A DNA stretch of 63,838 nucleotides, the filler included, from Olpidium bornovanus S191 (taxonomy: Eukaryota; Fungi; Olpidiomycota): assembly GCA_017911155.1 (NCBI GenBank). It is 30 parts of 30 records of this genome, joined end to end, with 100 filler letters (N's around TTAATTAATTAA, not from the genome) between each part and the next. Parts side by side here need not be neighbours in the genome. Positions count along the whole stretch, not along the records: positions 21,064 to 24,274 come from JAEFCI010012281.1; positions 24,375 to 26,218 come from JAEFCI010011961.1; positions 26,319 to 28,914 come from JAEFCI010008742.1; positions 29,015 to 30,025 come from JAEFCI010007176.1; positions 30,126 to 33,301 come from JAEFCI010009918.1; positions 33,402 to 35,681 come from JAEFCI010009083.1; 24 more parts are not named here. One strand, 5' to 3'. Below, one piece after another: positions 23,303 through 33,402 of this stretch. Both the position numbers and the translations under genes were made by a program. The notes beneath the pieces were generated by a model, which did no database searches, had not been told where the DNA came from, and was given only the letters and a program-made list of their open reading frames with translations. Positions within the stretch are counted from its first letter, which is position 1. Each line of letters opens with the position of its first letter.

Positions 23303-24898
23303 TTCTGCTTTCGAAACATCCGCCCTATGTGCCGCCTCCCGGTCCCGTACATTCGAGACGGGGAGGGGGGGGGGTTAGGTGGGAGGGGGAAGGGTAGGAA
23401 GGGATGGATCCCGATTAATCCCGCATGTTTTCTCGCTGCTCGCCCTTCAGCCCTGATTTTTTGTATTCTTTTATCTTTTAGAATGTTATCCGCGCAACAG
23501 TCCGTCCCCCCATCCTCATCTTTCTTTTGTTTTCTTTTTTTTTTGTCTTCTTTGATAATTTCTCCAGTTCCCCCGCCACTCTGCTGTATGGTCTCGCACC
23601 TCACGCACCCGCTCGTCTGCACAACATGTCTTCTCCTTCTTTCGCTCCTTCCCTTGCATTGGCGCGTGGCCACGTTTTACACCCCAGCCTTTCCGTCGGT
23701 TTTTTTTTTTTCATCTTCCGCCCCGTTACGCTTTTCTCCCTGCCCCCCGTTGAAACGCTTTTTTCGCCGCCACACACCATAACCCAACCAGCACGTGTAA
23801 AACTCGTTGCACCTGGACGAAAACATTTTGGCAAAGAACCGCGTGCCCACAACCCGCGTTGACTATTCATTCTGCGGGGTGTAGTTGGCCGGTGGAGGTG
23901 GCAAACGGCCGCCGAAATAATCATCCACAAATTTTATGTACGTGTGTAGCCTTTTATATCGCGCTCTTCAAACGGGCAAGCCGGGAACGTGGTTGGGGGA
24001 AGGGAGGGGGGAGGAGGTGGGGAAGAGGGTGGGGTGACGGAGTGGTGGCAAAGAGAGAGAGAGAGAGATGGAGAAAACAGGAGACCGAAAAGCCCTCGAC
24101 GGCGACAAAGTCGAGTGAAAAAAACCAGGGAGAAAACACACCCAGGGCTGTGCCTCTCCGAACAGAAGCCTCGAGCGAGAAACACGCACTCGGCCAATCC
24201 GGTGTTTCTAGCCACAATGCGCGCGGCCTCCGGATTCTACTTATTTTTTTTCTTCCCCCCCCCCCTCCCTTCCCNNNNNNNNNNNNNNNNNNNNNNNNNN
24301 NNNNNNNNNNNNNNNNNNTTAATTAATTAANNNNNNNNNNNNNNNNNNNNNNNNNNNNNNNNNNNNNNNNNNNNAAAAAAAAAAAAAAAAGAAAGAAAAA
24401 AAAAACGGGAAGAAAAATCGGGAACCAACAGCTGGTTTTTATTGCGAGTGTGGAATCTAAGTCAAAGAGTCGAGAAGAAAAAAAAAAAAAAAAAAAAAGA
24501 GGAAAACGTGTGCGTGCACAGGGAAAAAGAACTCAAAAAAAAGAAAAGAAACCGTCTGGAACTAGAAACGCCCTAATGGGAGGAAAGGAGAAGTAAAAAA
24601 GAATAGAAAAAAAACGAAAACAAAACCAAAAAGGAGAGGTGCTGTGGGGAAAAAGGTAACTTAAATCATAACTGATTGGGAAAAGATGCAGGAGGGTTTT
24701 AGTAATCGCATTATAGGGTGGGGTGGCACATGCGCCGCTAAATCAAGGACAAGAAAAATCCCGAGAGGGGAAACAGCTTCGGCGGGGTAGGAAAAATATT
24801 CCGTTAGATCGAAAACTTTGTGCGAAATGGAAAAAAAGAGGAGGGGGGTGGGGGGACCCGTGGGGGGAGGGGTGGGGTATTTATCGAACCCCGCAAAA

Positions 24899-26218
24899 TT
24901 ACTGTTTGCTCTCCATGTAAAGGTACTCGACGGAAACCGGGTCGGCGGCCTTCGCGTTTGCGACCTTGACGGGGTCGCCAAGGATGGCTTCGACCTCCTC
25001 CATCAGCCTCGTGTGCCCGGGAACCATGTCCTGGCGGATGCGGATGAGAGCCTGGCAGACGCGGTCGGCGATGACCACCTGCTCTGCGTCGTCCATGACC
25101 TGGCTGGCCAGGCACTTTTGTACCAAACCTACCCCGTGGGCGTGGTCCGACAGAACCTCGTCGAGGAGCGAGGAGCTCGCGCGCGAGGCCCCGAAGAGCC
25201 TCCCCAGGAGCAGTCGGCGCGCGCCGAGTTCCTGGCGCTGGTTAATGATCTTGAGAACCGTGAGCGAAGCGAGCTTGTGGGTAGAGAGAGTGGAAAGGTG
25301 TTTCGCGAACCGGGCCGCGCTGAGAAGGTACCGTCCCGGAAGCTGCGAAGTGTCCAGCAGCCAGGTCAGAAGAATAGAACCGTTGGCATTGGTGGCGAGC
25401 TGCAGGGCGTTCTCGACGATGGCGATGGCGACAAGTTTCTAGAGTGGCGGTCGTAACGTCTTCAGCGGACACGACCGTCCGCGCCACAACTTCCCAAGTG
25501 CGGCGTAACTGTTCCATCCGTACCTTTTGGTTCCTAATGGTGTGCTGGCTTTCCAGACAGGTCCTCATGGCCCTCGCGCCAAAGCGTCCCTGGGCGATGT
25601 CCCAACACTTGACGAACATGGCATCAAAAATAAACTGATTGAACTTCGGCCCCAGGCGGAGACAGCACTGGACCACGTAATTCCCAAACTGGTCGAGCAG
25701 CAGGGGCGGAGTGTACGGTTTCAAGGCCCTGGTTATCTCCACGAGTTCCGGCTCGGCCTTGGCGCTGTCAATGATCTTCTGCACCGACCAGGTGCCGTTC
25801 TTGTGCACCCCGATTGCTGCCAAATGCGGGGCGACCCTCTTGACGAGCTTGAGCTTCAGAGGGGCAGAGCAGCGTTCCGCGAATTTCTGAGTCACCGTGT
25901 TGCCGATGTAGTCTGAGCATAACTCCACGCAGTCGTCAAAGCACTCGTTAAAGGCGGCCTCGAAGTCTTTGGCGGTCGCGTGGCCCGAGTCCAGCCGCTT
26001 CTTGATTTCTCGCAGTCTGTATTGGTCGACCTTCCTGTGCGGCTTGGGCTCCGGAATCGGCGGGACCGTAGAAGCGTAGGCAAAGTTCAACACGTCTTTG
26101 AGCAAAGAAAACAAAGAAAAAATTAGCGTAGCCCGTCAAACGTCTCGGAGATCCCTGCGCAAGGGCCCCTTCCGGCGTAAACAGCCCGTTTACCGTCTGG
26201 TAATCGAGGCTTGGCATG
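24899..26218 (-). CDS. Pumilio-family RNA-binding protein, Puf1/Jsn1-Puf2 type
   Basis: RLREIKKRLDSG; ELCSDYIGNTVTQK; IGVHKNGTWSVQKIID; LLLDQFGNYVVQCCL; IAQGRFGARAMRTCLES; LATNANGSILLTWLLD; LSTHKLASLTVLKIINQR. Confidence 0.9.
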
Positions 26219-26438
26219 NNNNNNNNNNNNNNNNNNNNNNNNNNNNNNNNNNNNNNNNNNNNTTAATTAATTAANNNNNNNNNNNNNNNNNNNNNNNNNN
26301 NNNNNNNNNNNNNNNNNNAAGCCCCGAAAAAAAAAAAAAAAAAAAAACCCCATCCCCCCCCCCCTCTGCCCGCGCCACGCGCGCCACCCCACACCCCCTT
26401 TCTCTCCAGGCGAAATCCGCCCAGGAAGGAAAAAAAAA

Positions 26439-28868
26439 ATGAGGTTGCCCGTCCTTCCTTTCCTCGCCTGTGCCGCGGCCGCCACCGCGGTCGCCGCGAT
26501 CCCGTTCTCCCAGGACGATTTCATGCTCAACAGCGAGCTGCCCGTCGATTTCGACTCCCCCAAGATGCACGCGCTGTTCGCGAAGCTGGCGAGCCTCGCG
26601 GCCGCTCCGCCGCCCAGCCCGGGCGGCCGCGGCAACCGCCTGGCGCGCTCCATGCTGACCGCCCTGTGCAGCTCTGGATGCCCGCGCCAAGAAACGGACG
26701 CGGTCGAGCCCGGCGTCAATCCCGCCTTGCCCCCGCCGTCGCCGACAATCAGCCTCGCCGACCCGATCGCCGCCGAATACGCCGAGGCCCTGCTCAAACA
26801 CGACTCGCGGGCGCTCTACGCGATGGCCGAGTGTCCGGTCTGCTTGGAATGCATGCACCCCAAAACTTTGTAAATGTTCGGGCGGGAGAGGGGGGGGGGG
26901 ACGGGCTTAATTTTTCGTTTATATCATTTTATCTCCGTTTTAATTTTTCTGGTTTTTGTTAGTATCATTTTTTTTTTTTAGATTATTTTTTAAATTTCGT
27001 TAATATCATATTATTCTCTTTTATAAAAATATTTTGGTTTTCGTTAGTATCATTTCATTCTGTTTTTTATTTTTTTATTTTTTTTTGGTTACGTTTTTAT
27101 TCTTTTTTTACTTTTTTGGTTTTCGTTAATATCATTCTTTTCTGTTTTTTCTATTTACTTTTTTTGGTTTTCGTTAATATCATTCTTTTCTGGTTTTTTT
27201 TTGTTTTTTTTACTTCTTTTTTTTGGTTTTCGTTAATATCATTCTATTCTGGTTTTTTTTTTTTTGGTTTTCGTTGATATCATTTTATTCTGTTTTTTTT
27301 TTACTTTTTGGTTTTCGTTAATATCATCCTATTCTGTTTTTTGGTTTTCGTTAATATCATTTTTATCTGTTTTTTGCCTTTTTTGGTTTCGTTAATATCA
27401 TTCTATACTGTGTTTTTTTGTTTTCGTAAATATCATTTTAATATGTTTTATATATATATATATATATAATCTTTGTTTTTCGTTTCTTGATATTCATTTT
27501 ATGGTTAACTTACTTTGTTTTTTATTTCCACCGGCTCCCGATCCGCGCGTTTCAAACGACAGGACGGTTACTCCGTGCGGCCACGCGATGCACATGATGT
27601 GCCTCGTATCAGCCGTCCGCCGCTTCGGCAGCCACTGCCCCGTGTGCGGGACAAAATACCCGCGGGAATTCCTGACGAACCGCGACCGCACGGCCGAGTC
27701 TCGTCGCAAAGAGAAATATCTCAAAGAAGTTCTGGGCCTCTTTGTCAACCAAGGGTGGATACCCCCCAAGTCCGACCGCGCCAGAGTCCTCGTCGACGCT
27801 CCCCCGTATTCTGAATTTACCGTGGCCGAGGAAACCGAACCCCTGTTGCGCCTCGAACGCGCTCGGCTCAAGACCTGGGACAAATTCATCAAAGCCCGCC
27901 TCAAAACGAACATTGACCTGGTCCAGATCATCATAACGGACATCGCGGTGGCTTTCTTCAATGTCGAGGACGCCGTGGACGGCGGGAACGTCGGGGGGCC
28001 GGGGCCCTCGCGCGGCGGGCATCGGGGCCCCGCGGCCGAGCCCGCGGCCGAGCCCGCATCCGAGCCCGCCGCATCCGAGCCCGCCGACGACGAGCCGCCG
28101 GAGCCGTCGAATCCGTTCCCCGACCGCCCCTACCGGGGCGTCTTCTACCTGATCTCCGTATGGTTGCCCACCCAGAGCGGGCGACCGGCCCGCCCCATTC
28201 TGTGGCTCAACAGCTCCGGCGGTGCAGGAATGCTGTGCAAGCTCGAATCGCAACCGCACGAAAATGTGCTAAATGCTTTGGCGTCTACCGAACCGGAGTC
28301 CGCCTTTCTCGCCCGCGCGGACTTTATGGACTGGGTATTGAACGCGATGCGCCATCACGCCCTGAACATCGCGCCGTCGGGAATTGAAATCCCCGCGGTC
28401 GACCTCGCCGGGCGCCTGAGGGACTTAGGCGTGCCCGTCACCTGGATGAGCTTGCTGGTGTACGGCTGGGAAAACGCTTACCGCCGCAATGCGGAGTTCC
28501 CCGCCCCGTTCCGCATCCCGCGGGCCGCGGCGGACTGGCTGACTTCGATGGCGGAGACCCTCTTCGACAGTCTCCGCGACGAGCTGACGTGGTCTGACAT
28601 GCGCGCCGACCGGCCCCGGTGGCTGTACCGGATCGGCGTGCTGGAGCAGATGGTTTTGACGCTGGCGTACTCTTCCGTCTGGTGCGCAACTTACCCCATG
28701 AATTACGAACGCCTAGAAATGTACGAAGCCCACGTCTCGGAACTAAAGGTGGTCCTGGGGCAAGAAGCCCCCACGGACGAAGAGTTCGGGCGAACATGCA
28801 ACCAAGACGGTTCCCACGCCCGCAAACTCATAACTCTGGAAACTTTAGAACTTTTTCACTGGCACTAA
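26439..28868 (+). CDS. Signal-peptide + RING-H2 protein (578 aa; exons 26439-26869 and 27563-28868), putative secreted E3 ligase
   Basis: N-terminus MRLPVLPFLACAAAATAVAA|IP. The GT at 26870 and AG at 27561-62 are both phase 2 and rebuild CPVCLECMHPKTLTVTPCGHAMHMMCLVSAVRRFGSHCPVC (C3H2C3). A long open second exon follows with an unrecognised C-terminal domain. Confidence 0.8.
26905..27440. repeat. AT-rich minisatellite, 12 copies of a (GG)TTTTCGTTAATATCATT core with variable T-rich spacers, inside the RING gene intron
   Basis: Cores at about 26913, 26953, 26995, 27038, 27121, 27169, 27228, 27269, 27312, 27345, 27387 and 27421. Confidence 0.9.
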
Positions 28869-29148
28869 ATAGAAGCGGCGGGTTTTGTGATGACCTCGGC
28901 GCGCACGTGACTTCNNNNNNNNNNNNNNNNNNNNNNNNNNNNNNNNNNNNNNNNNNNNTTAATTAATTAANNNNNNNNNNNNNNNNNNNNNNNNNNNNNN
29001 NNNNNNNNNNNNNNCATGGCTAAGCAGCAAATTTAGCCAAGCCCGCCTCAACTGCGCCACACGCGGCGGCGGGACCTGCACGGTGGAACCCGGAGCTCGG
29101 ACGTCGAGCGCAGCGGGGAACAGCGCGTTGGAGGGGCGCGGAAACGCC

Positions 29149-30025
29149 ATGACCCTCGGCGAAGCAGTCCCGGACTTCTTCGAGGTGGTGGGCCGGTGCG
29201 ACTACACCGCGGCCGGCAGGATAGCCTCGCGCGTGTTGAAGGTGAAGCGCGTCCGGCGAAGCGGACCTTTGCCGAACCTTCTTCGACGACGGTTCTGTCC
29301 GACGGCGCCGGCCCCGCCGTCGACCCTGCGGGAGGTGCTGACGTGTCTGGCAGCGCCGCTCGACAGTCCGAGGCATTCGTCGGCAGCATGTTGACGCGCC
29401 TCGCTTCGTGCGAGTCGATGTACACTTCCCTGGCGTTCCTCAAACCGTCGATCTTCAGAAAGGAGGACGTATGTATACTCTCAAATAGCCGGCCCTTGCG
29501 CGCCTTATGCTTCCGCTTGGCAGGTTTTCGGGGAAAAACGAGTCGCAAGCGTGTCGCCCCCTAAACGCGGTCCCTCTCTGTTGCTTCAATTACATTTCAG
29601 TTCCTCACGAACGCATACGCCAGCATCCTCGAAGACATCAAGAAGGAAACCGCAACGCGGTGGTCATCCAGCGGTAGCGCTTCGCCTCCGTCCAGGGACG
29701 ACTGCGGGAGCATCAGCGACCTCCGCGGAAGCGTGGACGGGGACGCCTTTTTCGTGGTTGACTTCGCAGTGCGGCTCCATGGCCTGATTAAAGTGCGCCG
29801 GGCGCTCATTGCAGTGTACAAGTGTCTTGCATCACTTGACGGGCAACAGCAACAGCAGCAAACCTCCAGCGCATCCGCCGGGGCGATGGTTCCTGCAGGC
29901 CCGACCGACGCGGATGACCTCGGCGTCGCTGTCGACAGGTACACGCTCTTGCAGGGCGTGTTAGACGAAGTTCGCGGTATCCGCACACTGGCCACTTCAG
30001 ATTCAAATCTATGCAACCCATTTGG
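29149..30025 (+). CDS. KICS2: KICS2 (C12orf66)-like KICSTOR subunit, N-terminal part (multi-exon, 3' truncated)
   Basis: AVPDFFEVVGRCDYTAA ~ VLETFFSLLGAFSYDKA; MLTRLASCESMYTSLAFL..SIFRKED|FLTNAYASILEDIKK ~ [54 protein letters not shown] ~ LCFFVQARMEIADFY. Human segments are recalled from memory and compared by eye. There is an unresolved intron or frameshift near 29240-29270. Confidence 0.6.
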
Positions 30026-30275
30026 NNNNNNNNNNNNNNNNNNNNNNNNNNNNNNNNNNNNNNNNNNNNTTAATTAATTAANNNNNNNNNNNNNNNNNNN
30101 NNNNNNNNNNNNNNNNNNNNNNNNNAAGAAGGGTGGAATTGTCCATCCTGTTGCAAATTCTGTCTCAGCGACACCCACTCACGGTGGCGTTTACGATTTT
30201 CTCATTTCGACACCTGAGCGCATTTTTCGCGCACGACAGTGGCATGCTAAACCCACAACTTTCCAAAGGCCGTCT

Positions 30276-30539
30276 ATTTTTTGCCACCCCGAGACCAGCC
30301 GCAATTTGAACAGCACCTGTGGTTGATGATGTGGAGTCGGCAGTTGTGTTAATAACAACATTTCCCGAAAAAAGCACATCTAAATTTGGTACACCCCAAG
30401 ACGTGCCTATGCGTAGATTTGCTCCTACATTTCGTAGATTTATATCATTAGCAGCCAAGTTACTGAAAAACGCAGTAAGGGAACAGCTGGTTAAACCGTT
30501 ACCACGTCTAAGTACGTTTATGTGTGTAAACACGTCTAT
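30276..30539 (-). pseudogene. Fragment of a virus-like fibre/structural protein
   Basis: AT-rich, intronless, Asn/Thr/Gly-rich frame ending NVVINTTADSTSSTTGAVQIAAGLGVAKN. This resembles the STSTTTGALxVxGGLGVxxN repeat of phage tail-fibre and giant-virus proteins. No clear start codon, and the frame loses similarity after the motif. Confidence 0.45.
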
Positions 30540-30589
30540 TAGTCCATATATACTTTTGCCTTCGCAGAGGCAAAAGTATATATGGACTA
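30540..30589. repeat. Perfect 22-bp hairpin with a 6-nt loop
   Basis: TAGTCCATATATACTTTTGCCT-tcgcag-AGGCAAAAGTATATATGGACTA. Confidence 0.97.
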
Positions 30590-30594
30590 TTACA

Positions 30595-31025
30595 CAGGGT
30601 ACGGGCCGCAGAGGCGATCGCAAGAAAAAAAAAACGATGGCGTGCGGGCCTCGGCGGTGTCAGCAGGCGGCGAAGCCGGCGCAGGGATGACGGCGTGCGT
30701 CTGCGACTTGGGGAAAACCAGGGGCGGCAGAGCAGAGGCAATCAGTACGGCAGCGGCGACGGCGGCGGCTGCGGCGGCTGCGGGGCGGCGGCGGCGGAGC
30801 GGCGATGGCGGCGGCTGCGGCGGAGCGGCGGCTGCGGAGTTCGCAGGGCACAGGCCGCAGAGGCGATCGCAAGAAAAAAACGATGGCGTGTGGGCGAGGG
30901 CTGAGAGCGGCGCTGCGGCGGCGAGCGGCGGCTGCGGGAGCGCACCAGGCGGCGGACGCAGGGCACAGGCCGCAGAGGCGATCGCAAGAAAAACGATGGC
31001 GTGCGGGCGAGGGCGGAGAGCGGCG
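30595..31025. repeat. Three dispersed ~50-bp direct repeats in a GC-rich (GCG)n region
   Basis: cagggc/tac(a/g)ggccgcagaggcgatcgcaagaaaaa(a)cgatggcgtg at about 30595, 30844 and 30959. The ORF track shows MRSPLRPVPC three times on the minus strand. Confidence 0.92.
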
Positions 31026-31081
31026 CCGGGGAGGAGGCGGGAGCTGCGCTGCGGGCTGCGGGCTTCGCCGTCAGGTCCGAC

Positions 31082-31169
31082 TTGGGCTCATAACCTGTTA
31101 AGTTTTGGGGTTTTCGCCGTCATTTCCCAGTTGGGCTCATAACCTGTTAAGCTTTTGGGGTTTTCGCCG
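31082..31169. repeat. Direct repeat, 2 x 38-39 bp
   Basis: ttgggctcataacctgttaag(c)ttttggggttttcgccg at 31082 and 31131. Confidence 0.92.
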
Positions 31170-31487
31170 GGTGGCGAGAACGCGTTTATTCACAGTAAAG
31201 GCGAGATATATTACATCGGAAAATAGCGAGAATTCAACACTTACTTTATATTATATTTCTTATAATATTTTTCTCTTTAGATACCCGCGTTCCCGAGAAC
31301 TTGTTATCGGTTACCAGCAAATGCAATTCTGTAACTACTGTTAACAACGGCGGAAAATCACGTTATTCCCGAGAACATTTATATAACAGTGACATAACCG
31401 CTCGTTTTATCAACAAAAACTAGTTACATTTCAACAAACGTGTTGCGACGGTTCAGCTAAAAAATGTGCTAGGTCGATATAGTATCA

Positions 31488-31604
31488 GCAACGTTGCCGC
31501 TGGCAAGGTGATGTCGCCTTTGAGAACCAAATGTCAACGTGCTGGGCCGCTACGGTGTCGGCAACGTTGCAGCTGTCAAGGTGATGTCGCCTTTGAGAAC
31601 CAAA
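31488..31604. repeat. Direct repeat, 2 x 44 bp (42/44 identical), 29 bp apart
   Basis: gcaacgttgc(c/a)gctg(g/t)caaggtgatgtcgcctttgagaaccaaa at 31488 and 31561. Confidence 0.92.
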
Positions 31605-31716
31605 AAAAACCCTTTTTGTTTTTCTTGAGGGCGGCAGGGCATCGTCCTGTGCGCATAAATGGCAGCCAGTATGAACCGTACGGTGGAGACAAAACCAAAC
31701 CACACAACAGGCAACA

Positions 31717-31925
31717 ATGCGCAGGCCCGCGATCGAAAAGCTGCTTGCTTTCAAGCCCAGCAAGGAGGTTCTTCCCCACCTCGCCAGGGTCGAGCTGAGA
31801 ATCGAAGACGAAGACCTCTACTCTATACTAATGAGTATCGCTAAGACCGGCGCCCGAAGCTTTGTCGGCGTCCGCGTCGGCAGCTGCGGACACTCCCCGC
31901 AACGGAGGACGCACTGCCGCAGAGG
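31717..31925 (+). CDS. Short ORF or exon of unknown function
   Basis: IEKLLAFKPSKEVLPHLARVELRIEDEDLYSILMSIAKTGARSFVGVRVG has protein-like composition; a GTAAGC donor-like site lies at about 31925. Confidence 0.3.
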
Positions 31926-32837
31926 TAAGCATTCGGCCGGAGGAGCCACACTGGAGCCCACCACTGCAGTTACCCTCACCATACAAGCTTATCTCTGAAT
32001 AACCAATTGTTGACGTTCACAGGCGGATTCCGGGCGTCCCGTCAAAAGGGCGCGTCGCGACGAGGCCGTAAGTACGTGCGTGACTTTTGGCAATCAAACA
32101 AGTTAAAGCTGACGCGGCCTTCCCGGTTCAAATGACGGCGACGGACCGTGTTCGAAGGAGCCCGCGCCAAACAACGTAAGCGAGTGTCACGTCCCGTGAC
32201 ATGTTTGTCGGTCGCGTGGAGCCCTTCCCCACATTCTATAGGTCGACGCGTTCCTCTCAGACAGTCCCCCCCTTTTCCACGCTTCTCCACGCAGCGAGAA
32301 TCACATAAAGGGAGACCCCTTGTCGACCAATCAGGTTACGAGCCCAAGCGGGACACACGGCTGCGGCATCAATTGGAGCGGGCAGGGCTTTGGAACACGC
32401 AGGATGGCCTTGGCAACAGCAACCGTCTTCCCCGGGGACAAGCCGGCCGAAAATACCCTAATCATAAAATAATTCTATTGATATATTTGTAATAAAATCT
32501 AAAGTAATTATATGCATATATTAAGGTTCAAAACCAGGACCCTATTTGTTATTAGGAACATTCGCCGTCCCGTTTTGTCATTTTCCCGTCCTGTGGGAGA
32601 AAAAAAAAAGGGCGCGAGTGCCAAGGCGGATGAGAATTGGTCAGACTCGGTTTTTTTTTTGGGAGGCCTCATCAGGTTGCAGGGCTCGTCCAGGCAAATA
32701 TAGCCCGGACACGATGTTGTAGATGCAAAGTTTTTGGTATAATGTATAATCCAAAGGGTAACCTGTATTAGCTATGTTATTACTATTACAGAGTAACCAA
32801 GAAAATGACGATGTGGACAAGCGTGGAGGGCCACTTC

Positions 32838-33260
32838 TCATTTCTTCCCTTTCGCCTGATCGATAAGCCGGTTGATTGTGTTGCAGATCTCGCCTAAAAT
32901 ATTTATGTTTTATTGTTGTTGTTGTTTTTGTTTGTTGCGGATGCGTGGTGGTTGTTTTTACCCAGACGCGCGTCAAGAATCACCCGCGGGACGGCACAAC
33001 CGAAACGGCAGGATTAAAAAGTCGTAGTGGCTCGTTCATCATCGAGGGAAGAAGAGAAGTAGCCACCGCTCCCTCCCTCCTCCCTTCGTTTCCAACGGAA
33101 AGACGTCGGTTACGGTTGGCAACTCACTCGTTTCATCCGCAGAAACACCCTCGAAATCGTAAGTTTTGCCGTCGCGATCCCGGAAAACGATGAGCCGGAA
33201 CTGAGACGAGACCTTCTTGGACGGCTTGCAGGAGATGACGGAAGATATGTGGTAGGACGT
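32838..33260 (-). CDS. SIN1: Sin1/Avo1 (TORC2 subunit) C-terminal PH domain, last two exons
   Basis: Exons 33260-33128 and 32893-32838 (phase-1 GT-AG) give TSYHISSVISCKPSKKVSSQFRLIVFRDRDGKTYDFEGVSADETSEICNTINRLIDQAKGKK*. This matches the Sin1 PH pattern SFHIDSVIGCK.SRK...FR..V....KRYDFEA....A.EI. Confidence 0.85.
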
Positions 33261-33402
33261 CTGACGCGACGACCAAAGAAACACGCGAAACCGGCGGGCC
33301 GNNNNNNNNNNNNNNNNNNNNNNNNNNNNNNNNNNNNNNNNNNNNTTAATTAATTAANNNNNNNNNNNNNNNNNNNNNNNNNNNNNNNNNNNNNNNNNNN
33401 NC

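Noticed and set aside
26905-27440. Repeat-spacer-like array as a CRISPR
   Set aside because: Spacers are T-rich, similar to each other and variable in length; the repeats are degenerate and not palindromic; there are no cas genes; the array lies in a eukaryotic intron.
31488-31604. Two 44-bp repeats with a 29-bp spacer as a mini-CRISPR
   Set aside because: Only two copies, the spacer itself starts with a repeat-like sequence, and there is no cas context. A simple tandem duplication explains it.
32690-32790. CLDEPCNL as an ABC/Rad50 Walker B motif
   Set aside because: It is isolated, lies 3' of the SIN1 stop, and no other ATPase motifs are present.
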